Made by a program: the position numbers and the translations under genes. A stretch of DNA of 62,074 nucleotides from Candidatus Hadarchaeota archaeon (GTDB lineage: Archaea > CAYQAE01 > CAYVLA01), in assembly GCA_964621445.1 (NCBI GenBank), contig CAZUNO010000017.1, forward strand, positions 1 to 62,074, read 5' to 3'. The notes under the pieces were generated by a model. It was not told the origin of the DNA, searched no databases, and worked only from the letters and a program-made list of their open reading frames with translations. This document shows, one piece after another, positions 61,200 through 62,074 of this stretch (position 1 is its first letter; each line of letters begins with the position of its first letter).

Positions 61200-62074
61200 T
61201 CAGATAATTCCAATGTTTCTCAGTATTCTTCCTAGGGCTTTTGCACCGAATAGGCATTTTCTCTTTCTACTTTTCCATTGTAATGAATAATAGGGAGTTA
61301 TTCTACCTCCAAATTTCCGAAAATACTTCTCAATATGCTGGACCATAGATCCCTCAAAATCAAATGTCGAAAGGCCAAGTTCTTCGCTCGAGTATTTTAT
61401 GGCCTCCCACATGGCCAATGCCCCGGCGCCATGATGGCTATACTTCGTATCATAACCGCCAAGCAGATAATAAGCTGTTGCTTTGTCCCAAATTATATAT
61501 ACGGCAGCAAGGGGCTGCCCATCTGAGGAAATTGCTAGAAATGATCGACATTTTTCTTCTCGTTCCAAAGCTTGGTTGATAGCATATGCCGTTTCCTTAA
61601 AATATGGATTTTTATTTTGCCTTGCATAGGTCTTTTCAACAAGATTAAAAGTGTCATCAAAATTAGTTAGGTTTTCCACTACAATATCGTCCTTTTTTGC
61701 TCGCCGGATATCTCGCCTGCGGGATGCATCCATTGAATTCCAGATATCGTCCAAATTGTCTAAGTTAAGTCTATAGGTGTAGTTTATCTTGGTTGAGAAT
61801 CCCTCCCATATGTATGGTTGAAGATCTCTTATCAAGGGAGAGAAACACAAAGCTATATCATCGAAATCCTCCTTAAGAATTCTTGCCAGCTTCCTATTGA
61901 TTTCTTTTCGATTCGATACTTTTGTCACATATTTTCCGGAACTTGATCTATATACTGGGCCAAGCCAAGGAGTAAGACTGGGTAAACCAGCACGCTTAAG
62001 GCCTAAGTATTTCTGGATCACTACCGGGAACCCGGCAAACAATTCATCTCCTTTATATAATGTGTATATCCTAA
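61200..62074 (-). CDS. GNAT/FemAB-like acyltransferase (5' end outside the window)
   Basis: LTPWLG, YTYRL, RRRDIRRA, AYYLLGG, FDFEGSM, FRKFGG; frame open to the window edge. Confidence 0.88.
   Translation of the reverse strand, partial: RIYTLYKGDELFAGFPVVIQKYLGLKRAGLPSLTPWLGPVYRSSSGKYVTKVSNRKEINRKLARILKEDFDDIALCFSPLIRDLQPYIWEGFSTKINYTYRLNLDNLDDIWNSMDASRRRDIRRAKKDDIVVENLTNFDDTFNLVEKTYARQNKNPYFKETAYAINQALEREEKCRSFLAISSDGQPLAAVYIIWDKATAYYLLGGYDTKYSHHGAGALAMWEAIKYSSEELGLSTFDFEGSMVQHIEKYFRKFGGRITPYYSLQWKSRKRKCLFGAKALGRILRNIGII

Overview
Archaeal chromosomal segment, mostly GC-rich, with AT-rich islets at about 68-3220, 47430-48500 and 59950-end. It contains: a cluster of four KaiC/RAD55-like ATPase genes with unusual partners (1-7.9 kb); RNase P RNA; a minus-strand 16S-tRNA-Ala-23S operon with no linked 5S; a riboflavin/F420/ether-lipid biosynthesis run; cdc48; larC; a tRNA/rRNA modification cluster (nop5, trmG10, tgtA, arcS); and the edge of a glycosylation locus. 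The most striking signal read directly from the sequence is a set of six short bulge-helix-bulge (BHB) introns. These are a 35-nt intron in the 16S rRNA, a canonical 37/38 intron in tRNA-Gly, two non-canonical introns in tRNA-His (21/22 and 53/54) and two in tRNA-Asp. One of the tRNA-Asp introns sits at 70/71 in the 3' strand of the acceptor stem, a position I do not recall being described. The second candidate novel system is the KaiC module: two intact ATPases, a thioredoxin/KaiB-fold-KaiC fusion, a frameshifted membrane-anchored pseudo-ATPase, an Lrp regulator and two repeat proteins. The 16S is divergent and I could not assign the lineage. All calls come from motif recognition and by-hand alignment; no database search was run, and GC statements are by eye.
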